Of a stretch of DNA of 64,000 nucleotides, positions 24,428-36,231 are shown piece after piece (within the stretch, counting starts at the first letter, position 1; each line of letters opens with the position of its first letter). The notes beneath the pieces are model-generated. The model did no database searches, was not told where the DNA came from, and was given only the letters and a program-made list of their open reading frames with translations. Source of the DNA: Paecilomyces variotii (Eukaryota); the NCBI GenBank assembly GCA_004022145.1, contig RCNU01000013.1. One strand, 5' to 3'. The translations under genes and the position numbers were made by a program.

Positions 24428-26308
24428 CTACCATGTGAATGCCTCCTCGACAAAATCAATCACCATCCCGTGTCCCACTCTGCGGCGAGTAGCTGCTCGG
24501 ACTTCGTCTGCAAAGGCGCCAGGCCCGCAGACTGAAACTGCTGTTGCGCCAACACGCCGTGCTGCTACTTCATCCAACACCACATCAGGTCGACACCGGC
24601 CAGCAAACATTTGTACAGTTGCACTAGGGGAAATAATTTCGCGATTACATTTTGGCTTCGACACAAAGAGCTTGATAATGAGCATCTCGCGGCGGTTCGG
24701 CATCTGCAGAATCGAGTCCATGTATTGGCGCACCCATGCCAAATTCTCTGTACTGCGGACAGACCAGATCAAGTATATCTGTCTGGTAGCCACGCGCTCT
24801 TCTGAGGCACGGAATATCAAGTCGCGCACGTGTAGCATGTGATGGGTAATGCCAGCACCTCCAGAGAATAGGACGACAGTTCCATAGCTGCCCAACGAGG
24901 AAGGGTGGGATGCGTAAGGCCCTTCAATGTATCCCGCAATACGAAGTGTTTTCAGCGGCGAAGCAGCGGCCTTGTTGTAGAGTTTGCGAGTCATGCCAGT
25001 TCGAGCTGCAACGATCAATGACACCGTTGTCGGCTGTTTGCGGGTATCGAAAGGCTCCTCAAGATCAATAAAGGACTGCTTTTCGATACTCGAAGGACTT
25101 AGCATCCCATTATTCTCACGGTTGAGCAGAGCTGGCGGGAGTGCCGGTGGAGTCACACAGCTGAACGGTTCTACCCATGCAACAGAAAACGGATGAGACA
25201 TCCAAAGTGAGATGCTTGGAATATAAGCGTAAACATGACTCCCTGGATCAACGTGGACACGCTTCGGTAGATGGAAGGTCACACGGCAAGCTTCCCCAGG
25301 AAGAGCTTCGACAACAAGCTTTGTGCTGCCATTCTTCCGGGAGACGTTAAGATACAACAACCTTAACAGTCTAGTGCAGCGCTCAGTGACCCAGATCCCA
25401 ACGACAGCCTCGATCCATGGACGCTGGCGAAGATCGTCCAGTTTCAAATGGACGTAGACCCCGAGGATCGCCAATAAAGCAGCGAGCTGATGAAGATGTA
25501 GGAACGTCTCGTAAAAGGCATGACGGATTGGGGACGGAGAATGGGTAAGAAGGAAGGCCATTGCACATGTCCCCAAGAAACCCCAGGTAAAAAAAGGGGT
25601 GGTGCTCAGACGGTGCAACATATCATTAAAATCCTGTTCGTCACATGCATTTATGGCCCAAGCCACAGTGTGTGTGATGCTTTCCAGCGCGACAATGCGG
25701 CCCAGCCATCGATGTAGAAGATTGTAGGTATCGAAGCTCACATGGAGGAGCGGAATCAGTGGGTTGTTCCGACACGCAAGAATGAAAAGGGGGATCATAT
25801 TCAACACTGCTAGATTTCCAGATCTTCCTCGAAGTTCCGCGATCAGGGCTGCTTTCTCGTTGACCTTGTAGTCCAGGAAACCGCAATAGGCGATTTGACT
25901 CGAGACATACAACGTGATCAAAATGACGTGGAATCTTGACGGAACGGTCCCCATGTTGACCGCGCTCGAGAGTTGAATCTCTCTGTTGTGTCGTTTGCTT
26001 CCCAGAGGCGCATATAGAAGGTGTTTCTTGATGGTTGCCCATAGTCTAGACCCTTCGACTCCCCAGTACGTCTGTTGTCGTCTGGTGGCCGTCAGCGAGC
26101 TCAGTAAACGGGCATATACCAGGGTCATCTGGCCGATACGGCAACAGAGGACGACGACAGCCACAAGGGTCAACGAGGTGTATATGATCCGCGTAATGAG
26201 GACATCGAGAGGCACATCGACACCACCCAGTCCTCTGGAATATTCAAAAATGTAGGTCGCATTTGTTCCGTGCGGGCCGGAGGCTCGTGGCCCCGACAAG
26301 ATGCCCAT
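24428..26308 (-). CDS. Ferric/cupric reductase-like transmembrane flavocytochrome (FRE family)
   Basis: 626 aa; RNNPLI, YNLLHRWLGR, YETFLHLHQ (heme His), SHPFSV (FAD), EGPY, GGAGIT, WSVR, CGPGAFAD, EEAFTW. Confidence 0.93.
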   Translation of the reverse strand: MGILSGPRASGPHGTNATYIFEYSRGLGGVDVPLDVLITRIIYTSLTLVAVVVLCCRIGQMTLVYARLLSSLTATRRQQTYWGVEGSRLWATIKKHLLYAPLGSKRHNREIQLSSAVNMGTVPSRFHVILITLYVSSQIAYCGFLDYKVNEKAALIAELRGRSGNLAVLNMIPLFILACRNNPLIPLLHVSFDTYNLLHRWLGRIVALESITHTVAWAINACDEQDFNDMLHRLSTTPFFTWGFLGTCAMAFLLTHSPSPIRHAFYETFLHLHQLAALLAILGVYVHLKLDDLRQRPWIEAVVGIWVTERCTRLLRLLYLNVSRKNGSTKLVVEALPGEACRVTFHLPKRVHVDPGSHVYAYIPSISLWMSHPFSVAWVEPFSCVTPPALPPALLNRENNGMLSPSSIEKQSFIDLEEPFDTRKQPTTVSLIVAARTGMTRKLYNKAAASPLKTLRIAGYIEGPYASHPSSLGSYGTVVLFSGGAGITHHMLHVRDLIFRASEERVATRQIYLIWSVRSTENLAWVRQYMDSILQMPNRREMLIIKLFVSKPKCNREIISPSATVQMFAGRCRPDVVLDEVAARRVGATAVSVCGPGAFADEVRAATRRRVGHGMVIDFVEEAFTW

Positions 26309-28502
26309 CGAACCCTGTCACTCCAAAGCAGTAGAAATACACGACAGTGATGTAAAAACTCCTCCAAAACAGAGCTCACGACCAGCGCAAGACGAGCTTG
26401 TCAATGACAAAGCGAAAACTGGTAGAAATAAGGTATGCGGGAAGACCCGTTGATCGATAAAGACTCAAGACGTCACAACGAAGGTAATCGAAGAAATGAG
26501 ACTGTGCAGATGGTGCCTGTGATGCGTAGATATGGAATGCAAGGTGGTTGGGGACAACGAAAGGAACGCGGGGATCTACTCCGCTCAGTCAAGGGGTGCC
26601 AGGAGCCAGACAACCTCGATTCTCAGGCACAGGACAAATGGACGGAGGTTTCCTATTCAATAGCTGACCAGCTCCTATTGATAGGGGCGCCTTTTCTTTG
26701 TGTAGAATATAGTAGCTGTGTAGGTTCACGAGCTACGACTGGATGACTCCCCAAACAATGGGGTCACTGTAAAGAGCGGCAGGAATTCTCATTCCAGAGC
26801 AGTAGTTGTTTGGCGAACAAGGGGAGTCTAGAGGTATTGTAGGTCTAGCACTTCTGACCAGTGCCAAGTGTTACTTTATTAGTGTCATCAAGGACATAAG
26901 AATGGTGAGAATATACAAACCTCAATCTGCGATAGTTTATTCATAACAGAAATGATCTTCAAGTGTCAGGCACCGGGCTTGACGGACATGGAAGCGGCAG
27001 CAGTGGAGAGATTCAAAGAGGAAAAGCCAACAATGATGAACACCAAGCAGGATAAATACGGAGTAGAGGAGCCACAATACTGACAGTCTAGCAACCTTTT
27101 GAGGGAGAAGATATGATGCCAAGAGAGAGGGGACCAACAGTAATTTAAGCGTCGCTGAGTGAGAAAATCACCTTGCAGATAAGCCCACGGAAAAGGAACG
27201 GTCCGAAGCAGATGCTCTCGGGATGAGCTCTTCGAAGCCGCAGGAAGACATCATCTCCGTGAGTCTACTGGACCACGACAATTCACACGTCTCGCGCTGA
27301 AAGACGGCGGTGACCAGTAACTTCCAGTGGCTGCAAGCGATTTGAGGATGTCTGCCGTGGTATTAGCCGAGTATGTTGTGTACATACCGCAATACCCGTT
27401 GTACCGGCCCCAAATACGCCGCAAGTTCTCTATTTCCACTAAATAGTTTAACTTTCCACCACGCACTTCAGCTGCCCCCTGCGTTGTAGTCAAGCGACGA
27501 TCCAGCCTATCTATCGGTAGAACTCCAGATCACTGTCTTAAACCCTACCTAAGTAGTTGAAACAAGTCGCAAGTACTACTAGTTTGCCACCACACAAAGA
27601 TAGCCAGTATTGAACTACAGCTCGATAATCGAGTCTTATGGCCCTGAGAGCTGGAAGGGGGGAAACTGCCATGGATTCAGATAAGGTCAGTTCTATGGTC
27701 TAGAGAACTCCTAAAACCGATATAGGGCTTTCGTTTCAGCATCAAACCCCTCAAGAGTTGAAACCTCTGTTGTCGTTTCTCTTCTCCTTGACGAGATCGC
27801 TATGGCTACCGTATGGTTGGCTGTCGTTCTCTGCGCTTATTTCGTTTCGAAACACTGAAACAATCCACAACATGGCACACGGCTGTCCGACAACAATAAT
27901 ACCTTTTCCATCCGGCAAAAGTATGTCGATAAGATCTCTATTGCGTCCCTTCTTATTACTTACCTCGCATTCAGAGTAATATTGTCAGCCACGCGAGAAA
28001 TAAACACGAGTCATCTTCCCCTTATGCTGTCAGAGTCTGCAGTGTCGCACTTAGCAGTAGTCACAAGCTTCATATCAATGGTAGCCTAGCTTAGTAACAT
28101 CTCACAGCAATGGCCGGGCCCCCTCTAAAGACAGCAGAAGAATCTCTTTGCCTCTCAGAAGAAGTGAAAGACGAAGTGAGGTTGCATCGCGGGGCTACCT
28201 AGCCACCATCGTTAACATTACATCGCAGAGATCATATTCTCACAGAGGAATACATAATGATCGATTTACCTGTAGGATATTTTTTCACAGAAATTAAGCA
28301 GGAGTCAAATTAGCCCCCGAGACACTACTATAGGTCCTCGGTCGGTCCTGGCAGGAACAATGAGCAGCTATCATATAGTAATAACACCGTGATACTGTAG
28401 ATAGATCTATTTTCATGAATAGAATACATATCATGGTCTCTTGTAAATAATCAGTAGAGCTTCTTCAAGCTACACCTCGAGCATAATCCCACCATCAGCA
28501 TC

Positions 28503-29548
28503 CTATCGTCCCATCCAACCACCATCCACACAGATAACCTCTCCAGAAACATAGTCACTTGCACGACTGGCCAGAAAGACCACTATTCCCTTAAAGTCCT
28601 CCGGTTTCCCCCACCGTCCCGCAGGGATTCTAGCCATGATGCCCGCATTACGGTTCTGATCGTTGATCAACGCAACGTTCATATCCGTGTCAATGTACCC
28701 AGGCGCGATCGCATTCACGGTGATACCCTTCGAAACCCACTCGTTCGAGAGAGCCTTGGTCAGTTGCGCCACACCTCCCTTCGATGCAGCGTACGCAGGA
28801 ACAGTAATCCCACCCTGGAACGAGAGCAGTGACGCAACGTTGATAACAGAACCACGACGACCAGATGGGAATTCAGACTCGTCCCGCGATAGTAAGTACG
28901 CGCCAAAGTCGCGGGATAGAGTGAAAACAGATGTGAGATTGACTTGTAGGACCTGCGCACCATCCTATTAGTTTATTACACTGCGAGTTGCGACCCTTGA
29001 CGCCAAAAAAAAAAAAAGTAAACTAAGGGGAAACGAACCTCATCCCAGTCCTCATCGGGAAACTTTTCACTTGGATGCCTCCTCTGAATACCGGCGCAGT
29101 TCAGGAGAACATCAGGCTTGAGTCCCTGTTTCTGCAGAGCGGGAATGATACCCTTGACGGATTCGCGGTTCGATAGTTCAGCGACGTGTATTGTAGCTTT
29201 ACGGCCTAGGCGGGTGATTTCATCGCGAGTTGCGGTGTTAGATTCGTCTCTCTGAGGAAATTGTTAGTCGCTTGCTCCTTTTATCTTGCCACAAATAAAG
29301 TACAAAGTGCATGCAAGCTTCCCAAATGCTGTATTTCTACGAGCATATGCCATCCCATAAGACACCAATTGCAACATCTCGTCTCATGGAATCAGAGTGA
29401 GAAACGACGACAACATCCTGCATACCTGAATAAGGATAACGTCAGCACCAGCTTCCGCCAGGGCCACTGCCATAGCCTGTCCGATTCCTCTTGTTCCTCC
29501 CGTGACGAGAGCGGTTCTACCGCTCAATGAGAAAAGAGAAGCTGCCAT
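28503..29548 (-). CDS. SDR, 2-deoxy-D-gluconate 3-dehydrogenase/5-keto-gluconate reductase-like (KduD/GluF-like), 3 exons
   Basis: [73 protein letters not shown]. Confidence 0.92.
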
Positions 29549-31084
29549 TGTGAATTCGTGTAGTTGGATCGAAAGTTGATAAACGGAATCGATCTACTGC
29601 CAGCAGGGTTATATGAAATATATATCCTTCGAGAATGTATTCGCGTGGTCACGTCAGAAGCAAACACTCGATAATTGCGCAGACAAATGTGGCGTGATTT
29701 GTCTTTAATCGCTGAGATCAAGCTTGTAAGGTCTTGTGACAGGATATACTCCAATGGCAATTGGAACTTTTAGGAACTTCTCACTCTGGAAGACAGTGAG
29801 TGACAGTAACAGTTACAGAGTTCTATGACTTGGGAAGAAGAGAAGATGTCTCAATTGGAGAAATTAACAAGCTATCATACCCACCCGAAACGATAGCTCT
29901 TCCTTATGGATATATGTCGGTGCCCCGCATCTCACACAGAAAGATCGTTGAAACGGCCGACTCTACCCCGCTATACATCATCCTACAAGTAACTACTTGT
30001 ACCTGCCTATCAGGCAGTTACTGCAGTCATAGATAGCTCCCACTAAAATTAAAACCGAGACTCCAATTCTCAGAGTAGGAAAGACCTTGTGATTATCCAT
30101 CATACAAAATACCCCACGGGCCTTACTTCTGGCTCAGTGGGGCAAAGAGTTTAGGTTTCCACAAGATAGAAGAAACAACAACAATGACCCATGGAAACCG
30201 AAGCCATTCAATTGCCGTCGTCAGATTAGGAATTTTCCATCGCCGACGCCTTCCCCCCACGCAAGCGGTAATTTAAAGTTACAGTACATCGATCCATTAC
30301 GGTAATTTTGCGGCTGGCCGACTGTCGGTTACTGAACCTTGGTGGGGATACGTCGGCTATTGATGTATCGGCTTTTGATTGTCCGTATTGAGTAATCGGA
30401 ATAGCCGAAGCGAAGCACCTGTCCTCAACATTTGGTGAGTGACTTTTCGGCTGAATGGAGAGAAAAGAATAATCCTGGAGAGTGGCAATGGGTATTTAGC
30501 CTTTGAAGAAGCATGTGAAATTCTATGTGCTCGTGGGAGGTTTTCCAGGATGAAAAAATCCACCATGGTACTGTATATGATCAAGTCGCGAAGGCCTTAA
30601 ATGGGGCAAGCGTTGTCCATTCTATGAAAGTAGATAGTACTTACTTGGCGAGCCACAGCCTAGTCTTTATTGTTACGGGTTCGATAGCTTCAAGGATGAA
30701 CTACGATGTCTACATATATGGCAGATGCACAGTATCACACTTTAATTATTCTTCTTGGACTGATTACTGTTTGCTACCTGTCTTTTTATGTCATCCGTGG
30801 AACTGAAGAGATCTTTTCCGAGCAAAATATGAAGTTGCTTTCTCTTAACACCCGGTGATATTTGCTTGATTTGCCGCGTGATTGTATCTTGCATATATAC
30901 TACCTTCCATAACCATTACAGATCACTTATAGAATCCGTCGAGAGAAACTTGTCTTTAAACAGTTTATTATCTGAAGCATATTAATAGCCATAGAAGGCC
31001 AAGATCGACTCAGAATACATTCAAGAGAGAGGAATAAAAGTCAGGGGTCATTAGAGTCTTCTGAGAGATTTATCTCATGGAAGA

Positions 31085-31495
31085 AATGACCCTGCTCAGT
31101 AACAACGACCTCGTGCAGCATTTGAACCTCTAAGGAAAGGTACGAAACCAGTTCTCATATTATCTCCAGAGGCTGCCCAAACTATCTGTTTAACTGATCT
31201 CCCAATTCATCGTATCTATATATTATGTTCAACTAGTTGCTCGTGAAGAGGGCGAAAGGTCCAAATGGGCGTACTCCAGCTCCGCGTTCAAGGGTACTGT
31301 ACATTCATTATTTCATTTAACGCGGGTCCAATCTTCTGGCTGAAAATGCTGATATTGCTGGGCCCATTCAAGGAGTTTAATAGCGTGGAGAGACTTGATT
31401 TCAGGACGATTTAGTTGCTTCCATTTGCGTCAACCCATTTCGTGAAGTAATCGTCGAATTGATCTTTCATTGATTGCGCCATCAACTCCAGTCTC
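31085..31495 (-). mobile_element. Degenerate Tc1/mariner transposase fragment (not in ORF track)
   Basis: Manual translation: ERSIRRLLHEMG*RKWKQLNRPEIK..HA..LEWAQQY..F.PEDWTRVK*NNECTV / ERGAG.RP/IWTF / SVKQIVWAA..RTGFVP, i.e. the Tc1 HTH-linker-(W)SDE region with stops and frameshifts. Confidence 0.85.
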
Positions 31496-32234
31496 TCGAT
31501 CACGCATCTCAACATATAAGTCCATTTGAATTATCACATTGATCATCAGCAATGCTTGCTAGAATGCGCACAGTTTCCAGAGTAATTCACAGCCAGCCTT
31601 ATTACAATCCAGGCCGCAGTTCCACACGATCCTTCGGGACGGAAGCAGACATCTGGTCTAGCGATATAATATCTAGATTCACTTAAGTACATAGGTCCAT
31701 AGGCAGGCACCGTCTGTGTTGGTGATCTTCGAGTATCATGATTGTGACCGGCCGGGAGAGTCAGACGGACAAGCCCCGAGAGCGTCACCGCCCCCGCGTT
31801 GGGCGCCCAATCGAATGAACATCCTGGGGACGCCGCGCACTTCAACACACGCGGATACCCCAGAATCCCCTTTAGGACAAGGCGAGAAGACCCTGGGGTT
31901 GCTGTGGGGAAGGCCTGGTCTGATCTGATGCCAATTGTCCTTGTTAAGCGCTGGGCATCTCCCTGTTGCCAGCAGAAACACTACTTTTTTTTCTTTTCTT
32001 TTTACTTTCTTTTCTTGGTGATGACTGGTATGCGACAAGTTGAAGACGACCCTGCAGGAAAGCGAGACAGGTGTATTCATAAGAGAGCCCTTTATTCAAA
32101 AGTCTCTTTGATTGGTAAGGAAAGGAGCTGAGCAGTCCATCAAGAATCACTGCTTGATCGTCAACGTTGGAAAATGTGGTTGCACCAGAATTCGCCTTGG
32201 GGTCAACGTGAGCTTCGCATTATACTTCAAAACC

Positions 32235-34720
32235 ATGGCTGCCGAAGGACAGAGTCCGGTCTCGAAGAAGACCACCAAACCAAAGTCCAGATCGAGCGCA
32301 GAACATTTGATGAAGCGCGTTTCGAGAGCTTGTTTGCATTGCCGTCAGCGCAAGTCGAGATGCGATCTGTAAGTCTGCTCTGGCCGAGAGACCCCGCGCT
32401 CAAGACAAGCAATTCTGCATGACAAAAATATTATTCTTTCCATACTTAGATGCGCTACTGACCAGAACACAGAGATATTAGTCCTAATCCAGGAACACCA
32501 CCGTGCCAGCGCTGTCTACGAGACAAGCGCGAGTGTGTCCTAGGCAGTTCCAACAGAGGTGGGCGTCGTATCCGGAAGAACAAGATCAGCAACATCACAC
32601 CAGCTGCAGTGCCTACACCGACGACGACGGTGCAATTGGAGGAGACATCCAGTTCTCCCAATTCGGATCGCTCTCACTTTCCTGTTTATCCCGGATCTTT
32701 CGTCTACGTCCAGTCGGAACATGCCGTGGCAAACGGGACAACTGCAAAGGATGACGAGATTGCATCGAATGCTGACAGTGCGATTGAGGAGGTCCCCAGA
32801 AACCCTTCTGATGCATGGCAGTGTCTGAGCAGAGTTGCCAACCGAGGTGCGGAGACTACTGATGCGGAAAGACTTGAAGACCGTCAGTCTGGAGACTCCT
32901 CGGATCTCCCGTCAACAAACGGGACCCAGAACGGGCAAAGAGTGGACTACCATGCGAGGAGTCGCATCAATGAGTATACGCTCGTCCAAAACCGTTCGCT
33001 CGACCCCGAGACTGTATGGTTTCTGGTGAGCCGCTATGCTGAGCATTTCCATCCTTATTTCCCTCTAGTTCCAAGGAGGTACTTTGACCGCAACGCTCTG
33101 GGCACGTTCGCAACAAAAGAGAAGCATCTACTAACAGCAGTTCTGACGATTGCTACCAAAGACCTCGTGGAGCGCCCAGATATCCATGAACATTGTTCGC
33201 AGTATATGCATGAGCTGATATCGGGAATCGCGGCCGGTGCGGACTGCGGTGTTGAAGCCGTTGAGGCTCTACTTCTTCTGGCGGAGTGGGAGCCGCATGG
33301 GCTACGGCCAGGAAAGACGCCTGTTGGAAGAGGAGAAGAAGATCGAGCAGCGTGGATGCACGTTGGTCTTGCACTGCGCACAGGATACTTCCTCGGTCTG
33401 GACCGGACATCGTTTCGAGGCGACTGCGCTGGCGATCCACAAACTGATGAGCGCAAGCGCTTGGCATGGGCCAACTGTTATATCTCAGATCGACTGATAT
33501 CAGTCCGCATTGGACGGGCATTCTGGTCTCGAGGACCCGGCCCGATGACGGGGCTAGTCAGCCAGGACTTCCCTTCTCTGCAGCCCATGAATGAGGGAGA
33601 CGAGGACTATGCGAACATCTTCCAAGCCTCGTTGGACCTGACTCAGCTTTATGGAAACGTACATGATGTCCTCTATTCTGGAATGCGTACGAGCAATCAG
33701 ATGATGCTCATGGGAGACTACGTTAAATATGCGGATGACTTCCGCTCAGGCATCCTACGGTGGAACCAAAAATGGGGCAACTTGGCTTGTACGATAATTG
33801 TGGTCTTTTCTTTCTGACGATGAGCTAACAGTGTGACAGGCTCCCACCATATCAAAGCGACACTCCGAATGTCTTACGAGTACCTGCGGCTTTACACAAA
33901 TGCATTTGCATTCCAAGCTGCAATCTCCCAGACGCTTGTGTCCAAGCCAAAAGATGATGTCCATCCACTGAGAGAACATCTCAGAACTACCTTCAGCAAC
34001 CTCTCATCGATGCAAGATGCCCGTTTCATATATGATTCGGTCGACGCTGCTAAAGCCTATTTGAACCTCCTAGTCAGGGACGTGGACCCTGAACGTCACC
34101 TTCGCTATATGCCTCTGAGGTTTTATTTGTATGATTTCTCGTTTTATGTGTGAAAATTCCTACAACTGACTCCGCTATAGTTACGGTATATATGCCGCCG
34201 TTTTCCTATACAAGGCAAGTAAATGTGCTGCAGTCCAACCGCTTCACGAAATCTGACCGCTAGCTAGGCCCGCTCTTTCGGTGTATTACGACCGAAAGAG
34301 GAACTTGTTGTTCGAGAACTCGTGAGCAGAACGACAGAAAAGCTCAATCGAGCAAGTCTGGGACCCGACGACATTGGGTCTCGATACGCTCGACTTTTAG
34401 AGCTCCTGTGGAAACCGAAGTCTACTATTACCGCACTACCATCTCCTCAGGAAACCCACCTCAGCAATGATGTTCCAGTGCCTGCACCCATACCAAGTGT
34501 TCCTGAAGCGGGTTACATGCAATTCAGCCCTGCCAACGATTTCTCCTGGCTTGACCTCGAAGCAGTTGGGGATTACGTTGACCCCGAACAGATGACTGGA
34601 ACGGATATCCTTGGTTTTGACTCCTTCCAGAGCCCGTCTGTCTATACTGCTGGGCAGGAACGTTCATTATGGCAAGCGCCAGCGTGGGCCAATGATATGT
34701 CCGCCAATCTGCCCTTCTGA
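32235..34720 (+). CDS. Zn(II)2Cys6 transcription factor with fungal-specific TF domain, multi-exon
   Basis: CLHCRQRKSRCD|..PPCQRCLRDKREC (intron 32369-32472); FHPYFPL, VEALLLLAEW, CYISDR middle domain. Confidence 0.93.
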
Positions 34721-34849
34721 GCCTACAATCGGCGCCTCCATCGATTTGGTCGCGTGGAGCTGTCCATCTATCATCAGCGCGATCTTGGTGCTACTAGGCA
34801 CCATCGGAGCCAACTGCCTTGTTTGACAGTGCCTGCTTATTGAGCTGAC

Positions 34850-34930
34850 CCGGGGAGAGCCCCGTGGGGGACTGCGGGGAGAGACTAGGCGGGCTGCCTT
34901 CGGGACACTTTTAACCGAGAACTACCCCGC
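34850..34930. promoter_or_regulatory. Cluster of CreA-type SYGGRG carbon-catabolite-repression motifs upstream of the SDR
   Basis: CCGGGG 34850, GTGGGG 34864, GCGGGG 34874, CCCCGC 34925. Confidence 0.5.
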
Positions 34931-35109
34931 GACAGCCCCTCCTACCTGGTAGGTACTGTACAATACGAGTGCGGGATATCCGTCAAAAAGGCCCAAGAGT
35001 AAGCGGAAATTGAAGATCGCAGACAGTAGCTGGAAAGGTCAATTGTACAGGCGATCACGTCTGACTCTACGATCTTCTCTCGAGCATCCAACATCGCCGC
35101 CAGAACCCA

Positions 35110-35995
35110 ATGGCCGATCTCAATGAAATCAAGGGCCGCCTCGCCCTGATAACAGGAGCATCTGGAGGGTAAACGATCCTTCAATGTGTCCACATATTGT
35201 TACTGACGGACGGCACGACTGCGGATCCAGAATTGGGGCAGCTTGTGCTCGCCAGCTTGCGCAACGCGGAGTCCATCTCGCCCTGACATACTCTAGCAAT
35301 TCAGCAGCCATAAGTGCTCTCGCGGATGAATTGAAATCGCAGCATGCTTCCAAGGATGGCAACTCATCTCTCCGCATCTCCGTGCACCAGCTGGATGTGG
35401 CTTCTGCGGAGCAGATCCAGGAAATGTTCGCGCAGATAGACAAAGAGCATGGCCAGCGACCCGACATCCTGGTTTCGAATGCTGGTTATGGCAAACGGAT
35501 CCCTCAGGTCTGGGATATCTCTCTGGAAGAGTTTGACTACACGATCAATGTGAATCTGCGCGCCTCTTTCATCCTTGTCAAAGGTGTAGTAGAACACATG
35601 AAAGCTCAGCGATGGGGTCGGATCATTTTTATGTCCTCGATAGCTGGCTACGGCGGTGGGATCAACGGATGTCGTGAGTCATGACCTGCCCTGCTCCTAC
35701 TGTACATATAGCTAAACGGCATGCTCAATACAGATTACGCATCCTCAAAAGGCGGCCTGACCGGGATGATGAAGAATCTCGCAACCCGCCTAGCAGAACA
35801 CAACATCAGCGTCAACGACGTCGCTCCAGCCATGATTGGGGATACTGGCATGATTCCCGGTGCACAGGCAATCCCAGAGGTTGCGGCCAGCATTCCCTTG
35901 GGCAGACTCGGTACACCAGCAATGTAGTCACGATGCTCGCCACGACAGGATATATGACCGGACAGAGTCTGTTATTAGCTGGCGGTCTAAAATGA
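35110..35995 (+). CDS. SDR (3-oxoacyl-reductase-like) with a C-terminal frameshift; introns 35169-35230 and 35674-35733
   Basis: LITGASGGIG, VSNAG, YASSKGG; the frame stops at 35927 (GRLGTPAM*), while the expected tail NVVTMLATTGYMTGQSLLLAGGLK* lies in another frame to 35995. Confidence 0.85.
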
Positions 35996-36231
35996 ACAAT
36001 TAATACCCGCTGGATATAGAATATCATCCCATTCCATGTTCATTCCCGGAATCTGCTCTTTTGATCGCATCTCATTATTCTATTTCGTCACGGTGGTATG
36101 GCATGGAGCATGGAGTATCGCATAAGTCATCACATCAAGCAACTGCTACAATCAGTCGACTCTTCTCACTCAACGCCCCTAACATCAACTCCTCGTTCTC
36201 CAGTAATGCTGTACAATCCGCGTATTCATCT

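Noticed and set aside
26310-28400. SreA iron-responsive sites or hidden genes upstream of the ferric reductase
   Set aside because: Only scattered GATA cores, no clear ATCWGATAA; the short ORFs show no recognisable motifs.
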